Assembly: GCA_040767085.1 (NCBI GenBank)
Contig: JAXGPF010000013.1
Location: 96,001-160,000 of the forward strand
Source of the DNA: Kiritimatiellia bacterium
GTDB taxonomy: Bacteria; Verrucomicrobiota; Kiritimatiellia; JAAZAB01
Length of the DNA stretch: 64,000 bases
Direction: 5' to 3'
Below the pieces are notes generated by a model, which searched no databases, was not told the DNA's origin, and was given only the letters and a program-made list of their open reading frames with translations. Every line of letters starts with the position of its first letter. Position 1 is the stretch's first letter. A program made the translations under genes and the position numbers. Below are positions 20,505 to 29,589 of this stretch, piece by piece.

Positions 20505-21458
20505 ATGAGCGCCATCTACGAAAACAACGCAGCTTCGATCGGCCATACGCCCTTGGTGAAACTGAACCGCATCGTCAAGGGGAGCCATGCCGCCGTGCTG
20601 GCCAAGATTGAGGGTCGCAATCCCGCTTATTCGGTCAAATGCCGGATTGGCGCGGCCATGATCTGGGATGCCGAACGCCGCGGATTATTGAAGACTGGGG
20701 TGGAAATCGTGGAGCCGACCAGCGGCAATACCGGGATCGCCCTGGCTTATGTAGCGGCTGCGCGCGGATACAAGTTGACCCTGACCATGCCGGAAACCAT
20801 GAGTATCGAACGGCGCAAGGTGCTTACCGCTTTTGGCGCCAGGCTGGAGTTGACCGCCGGAGCGGATGGCATGAAAGGCGCCATCCAAAGAGCCGATGCG
20901 ATTGTCGCCTCCGATCCCCGGAAATATTTCATGCCCCAGCAATTCAAGAATCCCGCCAATCCGGAAATTCACGAGAAAACCACCGGCCCCGAAATATGGG
21001 CCGATACGGACGGCGCCATTGACATCCTGATCTCGGGGGTGGGCACGGGCGGAACCATTACCGGCATTTCCCGGTTCGTTAAAAAAGGGCGGGGCCACCA
21101 GATGCTGTCCGTGGCCGTCGAGCCCAGGGAAAGCCCGGTCATCTCGCAGAAACTCGCGGGGCAGGAACTCAAACCGGGCCCCCACAAGATTCAGGGATTG
21201 GGCGCCGGCTTTATTCCCGAAACGCTGGACCTTTCGCTGGTTGACCGCGCGGAACAGGTTGACAGCGTCGAAGCTATCGCATACGCGCAGCGGCTGATCC
21301 GCGAGGAGGGCATTCTGGCCGGCATCTCCAGCGGAGCGGCGGTGGCCGCCGCCTGCCGTTACGCGTTCCGGGAAGAATGGGCCGGCAAAGTCATCGTGGT
21401 GATCCTGCCGGATGCCGGAGAGCGTTACCTTTCCACCGCGCTCTTTGAAGGCATCTGA
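20505..21458 (+). CDS. cysK: Cysteine synthase A
   Basis: [39 protein letters not shown]. Confidence 0.95.
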   Translation: MSAIYENNAASIGHTPLVKLNRIVKGSHAAVLAKIEGRNPAYSVKCRIGAAMIWDAERRGLLKTGVEIVEPTSGNTGIALAYVAAARGYKLTLTMPETMSIERRKVLTAFGARLELTAGADGMKGAIQRADAIVASDPRKYFMPQQFKNPANPEIHEKTTGPEIWADTDGAIDILISGVGTGGTITGISRFVKKGRGHQMLSVAVEPRESPVISQKLAGQELKPGPHKIQGLGAGFIPETLDLSLVDRAEQVDSVEAIAYAQRLIREEGILAGISSGAAVAAACRYAFREEWAGKVIVVILPDAGERYLSTALFEGI

Positions 21459-21705
21459 GCCAATTTCAAAAGTCCCCCGGCGGGTTTATCCCGCTGAAGA
21501 CAAAGGTTGTTAAATATTGATTCGCTCCGGGAAAGACGGAACCTTTCATCATTGGTTTCAGGAAAGCAAACCGTATTCTAGGCGCTGCAATCCCCGTCTT
21601 TTTCTCTTTATTCATTGTCCCGCAATAATATGTTGCCTGGGTCCGACCCGTTAAGCCTCGAAATTTGCTGGCATTTTCCGGGCAAAACCATTACATTCAG
21701 CCGCT

Positions 21706-23274
21706 GTGAATGTGCAATCGTTGCCCGAATTGTTGCGGGAGGTGGCGGCCCGCCATCCGCATCTGCCGGCAGTCGCGTTTTTTGAACGCACGCTCGATTT
21801 CAGGGAAGTCAACCGGCAGAGCGACCGCCTGGCCGCCTGGCTGGCGCGCCGCGGCATTGTCCGGGGCGATCGGGTGGGGCTGTATTGCGTCAACTCGGAC
21901 TTCTTTGCCATTGCTTACTTCGGCATTCTCAAGGCCGGCGCGGTGGTCGTGCCGGTCAACCTGCTGCTCAACCCGAAGGAAATATCCTACATCCTCCAGG
22001 ATGCCGGCGCACGGGCCTTGATCTATTTTGAAGCGTTCGCGCCGGCGGTGGCGGCTTTGCGTCCGGCAACTCCTTGCCTGGAATTGTTTTTATGCATCGG
22101 CGGGAACCAGGCCGCGCCATCCGACGACGCCTGGACGGAAGCCATCGCCTGCGCGGACTCGGCGCCAACCATTGAATTGGAACCGGATGCCGACCTGGCG
22201 GCCATTCTTTACACCGCCGGCACCACGGGGCATCCGAAAGGCGCCATGCTTTCGCACCGCAACCTGGCCGCCAACGTCGGTAGCTCGGCGCGGGCCCTGA
22301 AAATCGAGCCGGGCCGGGAAAGGGTGCTGGTGGTCCTGCCGATGTTTCACGCGTTTGCAGCCACCGCCGGCATGTTGCTGCCGCTGCTGAACGGCTGCTG
22401 CATCGTGCCGCTGCCGAAGTTCGATCCGTTCCAGGTCGCCGCGGCGGTCGCGCGGAGCAAGGCCACGATTTTCATGGCCGTGCCGAGCATGTACATCGCG
22501 CTGCTGCATCTCCCGGCCGCCGCCCGGGACCAGTTCGCATCGCTCCGCTTCTGCGTTTCCGGCGGCGCGGCGCTGCCGCAGGCGGTGCTGCGGCAATTCG
22601 AAGACAAATTCGGCAAATTGATTTACGAAGGCGACGGGCCGACCGAATGTTCGCCGGTGACCTGCGTCAACCCGATCGGCGGCAAGCGCAAGGCCGGTAC
22701 GGTGGGCTTGCCCATACCGGATGTCGAAATGAAGATCATGGATGACGCTGGCCGGGAAAAGCCGCGCGGGGAAGTCGGGGAAATATGCGTGCGGGGCCCG
22801 AATGTCATGCGCGGGTATTGGAATCGTCCGGCGGACACGCGCGCCTCCTTTTTCGGGGATTGGTTCCGGACGGGCGACCTGGGACATGTTGACGATGAGG
22901 GCTACTTCAGCATCGTGGACCGCAAGAAGGACATGATCATAGTCAATGGCATGAATGTGTATCCCCGGATTATCGAGGAAGTGTTGATGCACCATCCCGC
23001 GGTGCGCGAGGCGGCCGTAGTCGGGGAGCCGCATCCCCTGCATGGGGAAATCCCCGTGGTTTATATATCGTTGAAACCCGGATTGACGGCCTCCGGCAAC
23101 GGCCTCCGTGCCTATTGCCGCGACAATCTGGGCCGGCATGAAGTGCCGCGCAAGGTGTGTTTCATGGAAAGCCTGCCCAAAAGCGCGGCCGGTAAGATAT
23201 TGAAGCGCGCATTGCGCCGGCAGGGCGAACTGGAACGCGGCATTGATCTGCCGGCCGGACCATCCCCGGCTTAA
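21706..23274 (+). CDS. Long-chain-fatty-acid--CoA ligase (ANL superfamily)
   Basis: YTAGTTGHPKG, EGDGPTE, FRTGDLG, DRKKDMI, LPKSAAGKI. Confidence 0.9.
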   Translation: MNVQSLPELLREVAARHPHLPAVAFFERTLDFREVNRQSDRLAAWLARRGIVRGDRVGLYCVNSDFFAIAYFGILKAGAVVVPVNLLLNPKEISYILQDAGARALIYFEAFAPAVAALRPATPCLELFLCIGGNQAAPSDDAWTEAIACADSAPTIELEPDADLAAILYTAGTTGHPKGAMLSHRNLAANVGSSARALKIEPGRERVLVVLPMFHAFAATAGMLLPLLNGCCIVPLPKFDPFQVAAAVARSKATIFMAVPSMYIALLHLPAAARDQFASLRFCVSGGAALPQAVLRQFEDKFGKLIYEGDGPTECSPVTCVNPIGGKRKAGTVGLPIPDVEMKIMDDAGREKPRGEVGEICVRGPNVMRGYWNRPADTRASFFGDWFRTGDLGHVDDEGYFSIVDRKKDMIIVNGMNVYPRIIEEVLMHHPAVREAAVVGEPHPLHGEIPVVYISLKPGLTASGNGLRAYCRDNLGRHEVPRKVCFMESLPKSAAGKILKRALRRQGELERGIDLPAGPSPA

Positions 23275-23292
23275 AACCGTTGGCGGCACGCC

Positions 23293-24315
23293 ATGCGCAA
23301 TCCCGACAAACAACGCTATCTGCGCGCCGCGCGGCGCATCCCGTGCCGGGAACTTTCGTTCCAGGAAGATGAAATTGAGCCCAGCGTCGTCGCCAGCATC
23401 CTGGGCCGGCCGGTCGCTGTCCACCATTCCTTCGACCTGCCGCCGGCCGACCTGGTGGAACTCAACCGGCGCTGCGGCAATGACATGGTCTTTCTGTTGA
23501 ACATCTGGGAACTTGGCCGCAAAAACATGATCGACGCTGCCGGGCGCAAACACTATGTGGACGGCACCATGAAAACCGCCGCCGACCTGAAAAACATCGC
23601 CTACCCGGACATGGAGGCCCTGCGCCGGCGCCTGGAATCGGTGTTGAACGCCTTGGACGGCACGGGGATGGGGTTGATATATACGCCCAGCCAGGCGCCC
23701 TTCATCGTGACCACAGCCATGGGCTATGCCGATTACTACGAAGCCATGATCAGCAATCCCGGTTTCATCCACGAATTCCAGAAAATCGTCGAGGAACATT
23801 GCCTGCGGGAACTGGAAATGGTCTTGAGCTATCCCGTGGATGCCGTGCAGTTCGGCGCGGTGCTGTGCGCGAAAAACGGGCCGATGTTTTCCCGCGCCAT
23901 GCGCGAAGAATTTGAATACCCCAGCCTGCGGCGGCGGGTGCGGCTGGCCAAGGCCAAAGGCGTGGTGGTCAGCGGCCATTTCGACGGCAACCATTCGGCC
24001 ATCATGCCGGAGTTGATAGACATCGGCATCGAAGTCTTCAACCCCATTGAAACCTGCGACGGCGCCCAGGACATTTACGAATACAAAAAACTTTACGGGA
24101 GCCGGATTGCCCTGCATGGCAATATTGACCTCAGCGGGGTGCTGGTGAATGGCACCCCAGAGGAAGTGCGCCGGGATGTCTGGGAACATGCTGCGCGCTT
24201 GTCCGAGGGCGGGGGTTACATTTGCGCTTCCAGCCATAACATCACCGAGGATGTGCCATTGGCAAATTTTTACGCCATGCGCGATGCCGCGCATGCCTGG
24301 CCGGGGCGGGGTTAA
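23293..24315 (+). CDS. Uroporphyrinogen decarboxylase/MtaA-family protein
   Basis: HFDGN, LHGNID, GTPEEVR, GGGYICASSH, PLANF. Confidence 0.8.
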   Translation: MRNPDKQRYLRAARRIPCRELSFQEDEIEPSVVASILGRPVAVHHSFDLPPADLVELNRRCGNDMVFLLNIWELGRKNMIDAAGRKHYVDGTMKTAADLKNIAYPDMEALRRRLESVLNALDGTGMGLIYTPSQAPFIVTTAMGYADYYEAMISNPGFIHEFQKIVEEHCLRELEMVLSYPVDAVQFGAVLCAKNGPMFSRAMREEFEYPSLRRRVRLAKAKGVVVSGHFDGNHSAIMPELIDIGIEVFNPIETCDGAQDIYEYKKLYGSRIALHGNIDLSGVLVNGTPEEVRRDVWEHAARLSEGGGYICASSHNITEDVPLANFYAMRDAAHAWPGRG

Positions 24316-24321
24316 AAACCC

Positions 24322-24344
24322 CCTGAATCCGTGATCAGGTCAGG
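24322..24344. repeat. Isolated end fragment of MITE family A
   Basis: CCTGAATCCGTGATCAGGTCAG matches the copy-1 end CCTGAATCCGTGATGAGGTCAG with one mismatch. Confidence 0.7.
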
Positions 24345-24364
24345 GGCGTTCGACCAGTGAGAAT

Positions 24365-25036
24365 ATGAGACTGTGGATCATACTCGTTTTGCTTGCTTGC
24401 TCTACGGCGTACGCACATCCACCGTACGAGCACATAATCGGCTCTATCGACACGCCGAACGGTCGTGTGGAGATTCGAGAGGGGTATATCGACGGAATCC
24501 TGTTCAGCGATCCCATCCGGTTCGCTGCGTATTCCGGTACTAACCTTGTTGCAACCACAGACTACGCGTGGAACACATCCATCGTATCATTCGAGAAGAA
24601 CGCATTCCACGCCTATCACTTCCGTACTCCGTTCAGCTTGTTCGCTTCGCGGGTCTGGCGTTTCGGCGCCGCCGGACTGGAGGAAGACGACAGCGCCATC
24701 CATGTAGCCATCTCGCCCTTCGTGTGGCTCTGGACTCGCCCCATATCCCATTGCATTTTCGGCATCCTCATCTCGCTACCCATCATCTTTGCGATGCGCA
24801 ATCGTCCATGGCGATCCAAGGGCGTTGTGGTACTTGGGGGATGTATGGCCATACTCTCTCTGTCTGCGTTTGCCCTCTGCGTGGTCCTTGTCAGCATTGC
24901 CTGCATGCCGTGCTCGCTCTGGATCACGCTGACAATCAGTCTTGCGGCCATAGCTCTGGCGAGAACAATGATCAAGAGGTCGAACAAGCCGCCTGGACAC
25001 GTACCCTTAAAGGCCGCCGCGGACGGCGCCCTTTAA
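24365..25036 (+). CDS. Hypothetical exported/membrane protein on an integron-like gene cassette
   Basis: Signal peptide plus 2-3 C-terminal TM helices; AT-richer codon usage; starts about 10 bp after GTTCGAC with no room for a promoter. Confidence 0.65.
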   Translation: MRLWIILVLLACSTAYAHPPYEHIIGSIDTPNGRVEIREGYIDGILFSDPIRFAAYSGTNLVATTDYAWNTSIVSFEKNAFHAYHFRTPFSLFASRVWRFGAAGLEEDDSAIHVAISPFVWLWTRPISHCIFGILISLPIIFAMRNRPWRSKGVVVLGGCMAILSLSAFALCVVLVSIACMPCSLWITLTISLAAIALARTMIKRSNKPPGHVPLKAAADGAL

Positions 25037-25051
25037 GGTTCGGTCAGGGGC
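24979..25051 (+). other. attC-like recombination site, 3'-truncated
   Basis: GTCGAAC is the exact complement of GTTCGAC at the cassette start (24348-24354); central hairpin CCTTAAAGG..CCTTTAAGG; GGTCAGGGGC repeated at 24338 and 25042. Confidence 0.55.
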
Positions 25052-25496
25052 CATCGGGGTCGGACCACAGCAACTTGTTGTAAATCATAGTGATAAGTTC
25101 CAAGAGGGGGTGTTTTCGGGCCTTAAACCTCCATTTTCAGGGCCGAAAACAGCGGCATGCACCCCATCTGTGCTTGGGTCTGATCCGTTACCCGACAGCG
25201 CATCATGGAATCTCCCCGGATTCCTTGCTGAACTTGCCGGACTCCGCCGGAGAAAATGAAGGCGGTAAGTAAAGCCGGTCCGCGACAAGATGTTATTTTC
25301 TGAAATTTAGGTGAATATCGGCGTCAAATTATCTCCGCATTGTTTGGCCTTCATGCCGACCGGTCTATCATATCCCGGCGCCCCGGCATGGGGGGTACTT
25401 CCCCGGACGGATACGAATATTCTGCGCAAAGTAGCGGGAAAAATGCCAAGAATCACGGACTGACCCCTTGCCCCCTTGCCCCCCTTGCCCCTTGCA

Positions 25497-25625
25497 GGAG
25501 ACCGGGATCGAACCGGCGATCCCGCCGCAGCGGCGGGACAAGCCCCGCCAGGGAGCGGGGTAAACCCCGCCACGTAGCGGGGCAAGCGTTCAGCCTTGTC
25601 CCGCCTCCTGGCGGGATTGGGAAGC
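25497..25625 (-). pseudogene. tRNA-Gly fragment (anticodon to T arm) with four mini-hairpin insertions
   Basis: Removing 25520-25586 (3 units) and 25595-25616 (1 unit) restores sequence identical to part of the intact tRNA-Gly. Confidence 0.9.
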
Positions 25626-25862
25626 GGGTAGATTACGCAGGAAATCTTTAACACCTGCGGCCTTGATTTTCTTTTCTATCCCGCGCGCAACAGTGTAGCT
25701 GTCCACGGTCGTATGAAAAACAAGTTGCCAGTCGTGAGCGCGAGCCGTCCACTTGCTTCGGCCCTGCAAGTGTTGTTTCAGCCTGCGCGCAAGATGCTTC
25801 GATATGCCGACATAAAAACGGCCGAGGGATTTTGAATACAGGATGTAGACGTAAACATCCAT
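25590..25862 (-). CDS. Small stand-alone GIY-YIG nuclease (SLX1/UPF0213-like), 90 aa
   Basis: YVYIL..FYVG..RRLKQH..G.SKWT..W.LV..E.KIK; the C-terminus and stop codon lie inside the downstream pseudo-tRNA. Confidence 0.88.
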   Translation of the reverse strand: MDVYVYILYSKSLGRFYVGISKHLARRLKQHLQGRSKWTARAHDWQLVFHTTVDSYTVARGIEKKIKAAGVKDFLRNLPASQSRQEAGQG

Positions 25863-25871
25863 GTAGGAAAG

Positions 25872-25939
25872 TGGAGCGGGAGACCGGGATCGAACCGGCG
25901 ACCCCGCCGCAGAGCGGGGCAAGCGTTCAGCCTTGTCCC
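25872..25939 (-). pseudogene. tRNA-Gly 3' half (with CCA) carrying one full and one truncated mini-hairpin
   Basis: Identical to the tRNA 3' end, including flanking AAAG, except for insert 25902-25923 and partial insert 25932-25939. Confidence 0.9.
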
Positions 25940-25946
25940 TTAAAAG

Positions 25947-26021
25947 TGGAGCGGGAGACCGGGATCGAACCGGCGACGTTCAGCTTGGGAAGCTGACATT
26001 CTACCACTGAATTACTCCCGC
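25947..26021 (-). tRNA. tRNA-Gly(CCC)
   Basis: GCGGGAG..CTCCCGC-T-CCA; anticodon arm TCAGC-TTCCCAA-GCTGA; T loop TTCGATC; 75 nt. Confidence 0.96.
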
Positions 26022-26034
26022 AAAACTCAATTCT

Positions 26035-26177
26035 AATCGGCGACCCCGCCGCAGAGCAGGGTAAACCCCTCCGCAGAGCGGGGCAAGCGTTCAGCCCTGT
26101 CCCGCCTTCCTGGCGGGATTGGGAAGCTGACCCCGCCAAAGAGCGGGGTAAACATTCTACCACTGAATTACTCCCGC
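26035..26177 (-). pseudogene. tRNA-Gly 5' two-thirds with four mini-hairpin insertions
   Basis: Inserts at 26044-26065, 26066-26087, 26096-26118 and 26131-26152; the remainder matches the intact tRNA. Confidence 0.9.
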
Positions 26178-26402
26178 AATACGTCTCTCTACACCGGTTA
26201 AACTGGCAGAAATATCCCGCTGAGTCAATCTTATTTCCATGGATGATGCAATGGGGGATGTACGACAAATTTGGTGGTGATTCGAATAAACTTTAATTTC
26301 ACGGCGGATTTCAGTGTGATATATGATCTCGCCATAGATACAATTCTGTAAATTCCGGTAATTTCGGCCAGGTTACACCATCCTGGCCGAAATTGGGCCA
26401 CC

Positions 26403-26617
26403 GCGTTGCGAATTCCGCTCCCCGAGCTTGTCGAGGGGTTCGAAAAGACAAGGCAAGTTTGGGGTGGATGCGTGGGCGCAGGTGGGCGGGGCTAATCTGG
26501 TGATTGCCCCGCTCCCGGCAAGCCCGCCCGCAGGGTCCGCGCAGCGGACAGACGCCCCAAAGAACGCCTGTGCGGCTCGCACTCGCCGCCGTGCTTTTCG
26601 AACGGAATTCGCTACGC
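26403..26617 (-). repeat. TIR-bounded structured repeat family C, copy 1
   Basis: TIR GCGTTGCGAATTCCGCTC/GAACGGAATTCGCTACGC (16/18); homologous to 56185-56377. Confidence 0.7.
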
Positions 26618-26797
26618 ACCCCCACCGCCGCACTACCCCAACAAATTTATCTTACATCCTGCAATGGCGAGCCCGGCTGCCCACACCGCCTTGTCCAACG
26701 TTTACTTGATAAATATCCGCCGGAAATGTATCTTTGACTGACATGGCCGGGCATGGGGCGCGGCTGGCATGACTGGCAAGGGGACGGAACTGAGATT

Positions 26798-27856
26798 ATG
26801 CGGCAAATTCATTTAAAATTGATTCCCGGCGACGGCATCGGCGTGGATGTGATTAACGAGGCGCGGCGGGTATTGGAATGCCTGGCGGATAAGCACGGCG
26901 GAGTGCGATTTAAGATCGACACCATGCCCTGGGGCTGCGGGTATTACCTGGAGCACGGCCGCATGCTGCCGGACGACGGCCTGAAAATCCTGGCCGATTG
27001 CGACGCCATCCTGCTGGGCGCCGTGGGGTTCCCGGGCGTGCCGGACCATGTCTCGCTGCAACTGCTCCTCCCCATCCGCCAGCAATTCGATCAGTACGTC
27101 AATTTCCGCCCGGTGAAACTGCTGGAAGGACTGGATTCCCCCCTGAAGGTCAAATCCAACCGCGATATTGATTTTGTGGTCATCCGCGAGAATACCGAGG
27201 GCGAATATTGCGGCCGCGGCCATACCTACGACGATCCGGCCAAGGGTCCGTCAGTGGTGCAGGAGGCGCACTTCAGCCGGCACGGCACCGCCCGCATCAT
27301 CCGTTATGCTTTTGAATACGCCAGGCGCAACGGGTTGACGGATGTCGTCAGCGCCACCAAGTCCAACGCGCTTAACCATTCCATGGTGTTCTGGGACGGA
27401 ATTTTCAAGGAAATCCAGGCCGGCTACCCCGGCATCCACGGCCGTTGCGTCCATGTGGACGCGCTGGCCGGGCTCTTCATCCTGAAACCGCAAATCCTGC
27501 GGGTGGTGGTGGCCAGCAACCTGTTCGGCGACATCCTGACGGACCTGGGGTCGGCCATGCTGGGCGGCATCGGCATCTCGCCTTCCGCCAATATCAACCC
27601 CGAGAAAAAATTCCCCAGCATGTTCGAGCCGGTGCATGGCTCCGCGCCGGATATTGCCGGCAAGGGCATCGCCAATCCCGTCGGCGCCCTGTGGTCCACG
27701 GCTTTAATGCTGGAACATTTGGCGGAACCAGAACTGGCAGATCGTTTGATGGCGGCCATGGGCGGCGTCCTGGCGGAGCGCCAAATCCGCACGCCGGACT
27801 TGGGCGGCACGGCCACCACCGCGGAGGTGGTGGAGGCTGTGATCGCCCGCATTTAA
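26798..27856 (+). CDS. Tartrate/3-isopropylmalate dehydrogenase family protein
   Basis: IPGDGIG, RENTEGEY, SATKSN, SNLFGDILTD, FEPVHGSAPDIAGKGIANP. Confidence 0.9.
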   Translation: MRQIHLKLIPGDGIGVDVINEARRVLECLADKHGGVRFKIDTMPWGCGYYLEHGRMLPDDGLKILADCDAILLGAVGFPGVPDHVSLQLLLPIRQQFDQYVNFRPVKLLEGLDSPLKVKSNRDIDFVVIRENTEGEYCGRGHTYDDPAKGPSVVQEAHFSRHGTARIIRYAFEYARRNGLTDVVSATKSNALNHSMVFWDGIFKEIQAGYPGIHGRCVHVDALAGLFILKPQILRVVVASNLFGDILTDLGSAMLGGIGISPSANINPEKKFPSMFEPVHGSAPDIAGKGIANPVGALWSTALMLEHLAEPELADRLMAAMGGVLAERQIRTPDLGGTATTAEVVEAVIARI

Positions 27857-27892
27857 AGGATTTTGTGGGCTTACCATGGGAGACAAGGAACG

Positions 27893-29195
27893 ATGAATCA
27901 GAACACAGAGATTGCCGTATTAGGCGCGCCGATGCATGCTTCGCCGCTGCGCCTGGCGGTGGATTGCAATGAAAGTATATGCAATTTTGTCCCCGAAGCC
28001 GCCCGCGTGCGGGCTCCAGGCCGAGATCAACACCGGCCATGACGATCCGGATTTGCTGTTTGAGAAGGCCGGCCCGCGCGCCAAAATCTTTTTCGAGCCG
28101 GCGCGCACGCGGGCGGCGATTGTAACCTGCGGCGGACTCTGCCCGGGATTGAACAATGTCATCCGGTCGGCCTTCCTGGAATTGCACCATAATTACGGCG
28201 TGCCGGATGTGCTGGGCATCCGGTACGGCTACCAGGGACTGAACCCGGACACCGCGGCCCCGCCCATTAAGTTGACCACGGATTTCGTGGATGACATCCA
28301 TACCGATGGCGGCACAGCGCTGGGCTCGTCCCGCGGGCAGCAACCGATCGGGACCATGGTAGATTTCCTGGAACGCGAAAAAATCAACATCCTGCTATGC
28401 GTAGGCGGCGACGGCACACAGCGCGGCGCCAATGCCATTGCCGTGGAAGCCCGCAAGCGCGGCCTGCCGCTGGCGGTGGTCGGCGTGCCCAAGACGATTG
28501 ATAACGACATCTGCTTTGTCCGCCAGAGTTTCGGTTACTTCACGGCGATCGAGAAAGCGCGCGAAGTGCTGGCCTGCGCGCATAATGAGGCCAAAGGCGC
28601 GCCGAACGGCATCGGCCTGGTGAAACTTATGGGGCGCGATGCCGGCTTCATTGCCGCCGGCGCCACGCTGGCCAGCCAGGAGGTCAACTTTACCATCATT
28701 CCCGAAGTGCCCTTCCGGCTGGAAGGCGAGCAGGGCTTTTTAAATGTGCTGCGCCGCCGTATCCTGACGCGCCAGCATGCCGTGATCGTGGTGGCGGAAG
28801 GCGCCGGGCAGGACCTGCTGGCGGCTGGCGCGGCAGCTTTCGACGCCTCGGGCAACAAGCTGCAAAAGGATATCGGGACATTCCTGCGCGACCGGATCCT
28901 GGAGTATTTCCGGGAGCAGAAAATTCCCATTAACATGAAATACATGGAGCCGGGGTATTTCATCCGCAGCGTGCCGGCCGATGCCGAGGACAGCCTGCTG
29001 TGCGATCAATTTGCGCGCCAGGCGGTGCATGCCGCCCTGGCCGGCAAAACCGACATGCTGGTGGGGCACTGGTCCAGCTATTTCATCCACGTGCCGATTG
29101 CCATGGCAGTGGCCCAGAAGCGCAATCTCAATCCCGCCCGGCCGATGTGGAACAGCGTGATTGCCGCCACCGGCCAGCCGCGGCAGTGGGAGTGA
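27893..29195 (+). CDS. pfkA: ATP-dependent 6-phosphofructokinase with an apparent +1 frameshift near 28011-28013
   Basis: TCGGLCPGLN, GGDGT, PKTIDND, MGRDAG. A plausible N-terminus MNQNTEIAVLGAPMHASPL..NFV lies in another frame from ATG 27893 after AAGGA. Confidence 0.8.
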
Positions 29196-29201
29196 GCATT
29201 G

Positions 29202-29271
29202 GTGCCTTAAACCACAGCACCTGCCAAAAAAAACAAGAAAATCGGAGGGCAGGTGCTGAAGTTTAAGGCAC
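29202..29271. terminator. Long hairpin downstream of pfkA
   Basis: GTGCCTTAAAC..CAGCACCTGCC / GGCAGGTGCTG..GTTTAAGGCAC. Confidence 0.5.
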
Positions 29272-29589
29272 GGTGCAAGTGCAGGCAACAAGTACAGGCT
29301 TGTCCAGAAGCAACTGGATGCAGTCAGTCCGGCATAGCCGGACGGGGACGGATGATTCCGGATTGGCTCCGGATCAAACTACCAAGCAAAGCTTGGCAAG
29401 CTTTCACCACCTCACGGGAGGATGGCAAGCTTGCAGCTTGCACCGCCACACCGGAGGGCGGCAAGCTTTCGGCGGCGGTCCGGCGGCCGCCGGATGCAGG
29501 TTTGTCCAGTAGCAACTGGATGTAAGCTGTTCGGTATTATCACATTGCGATATGTTTGCCAAAAACAACACATACAGCACAATCTGGAG

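Noticed and set aside
21480-21494. Extra tagged hairpin after cysK (GCGGGTTTATCCCGC)
   Set aside because: Only half a unit; more simply a short terminator-like hairpin, so it was not counted.
22090-24294. Long antisense ORFs (this 734 aa one; also 4209-5846, 37644-39110, 48166-49665 and others)
   Set aside because: Shadow frames of well-supported genes in high-GC DNA, with no recognisable motifs.
25497-26177. CRISPR array interpretation of the repeat cluster
   Set aside because: The repeats are tRNA-Gly fragments and hairpins with no unique constant-length spacers, and there are no cas genes.
26035-26177. Intron-containing or split functional tRNA
   Set aside because: The copies are truncated, the inserts are only 22-23 bp with no group I/II or BHB features, and the same inserts occur in non-tRNA repeats.
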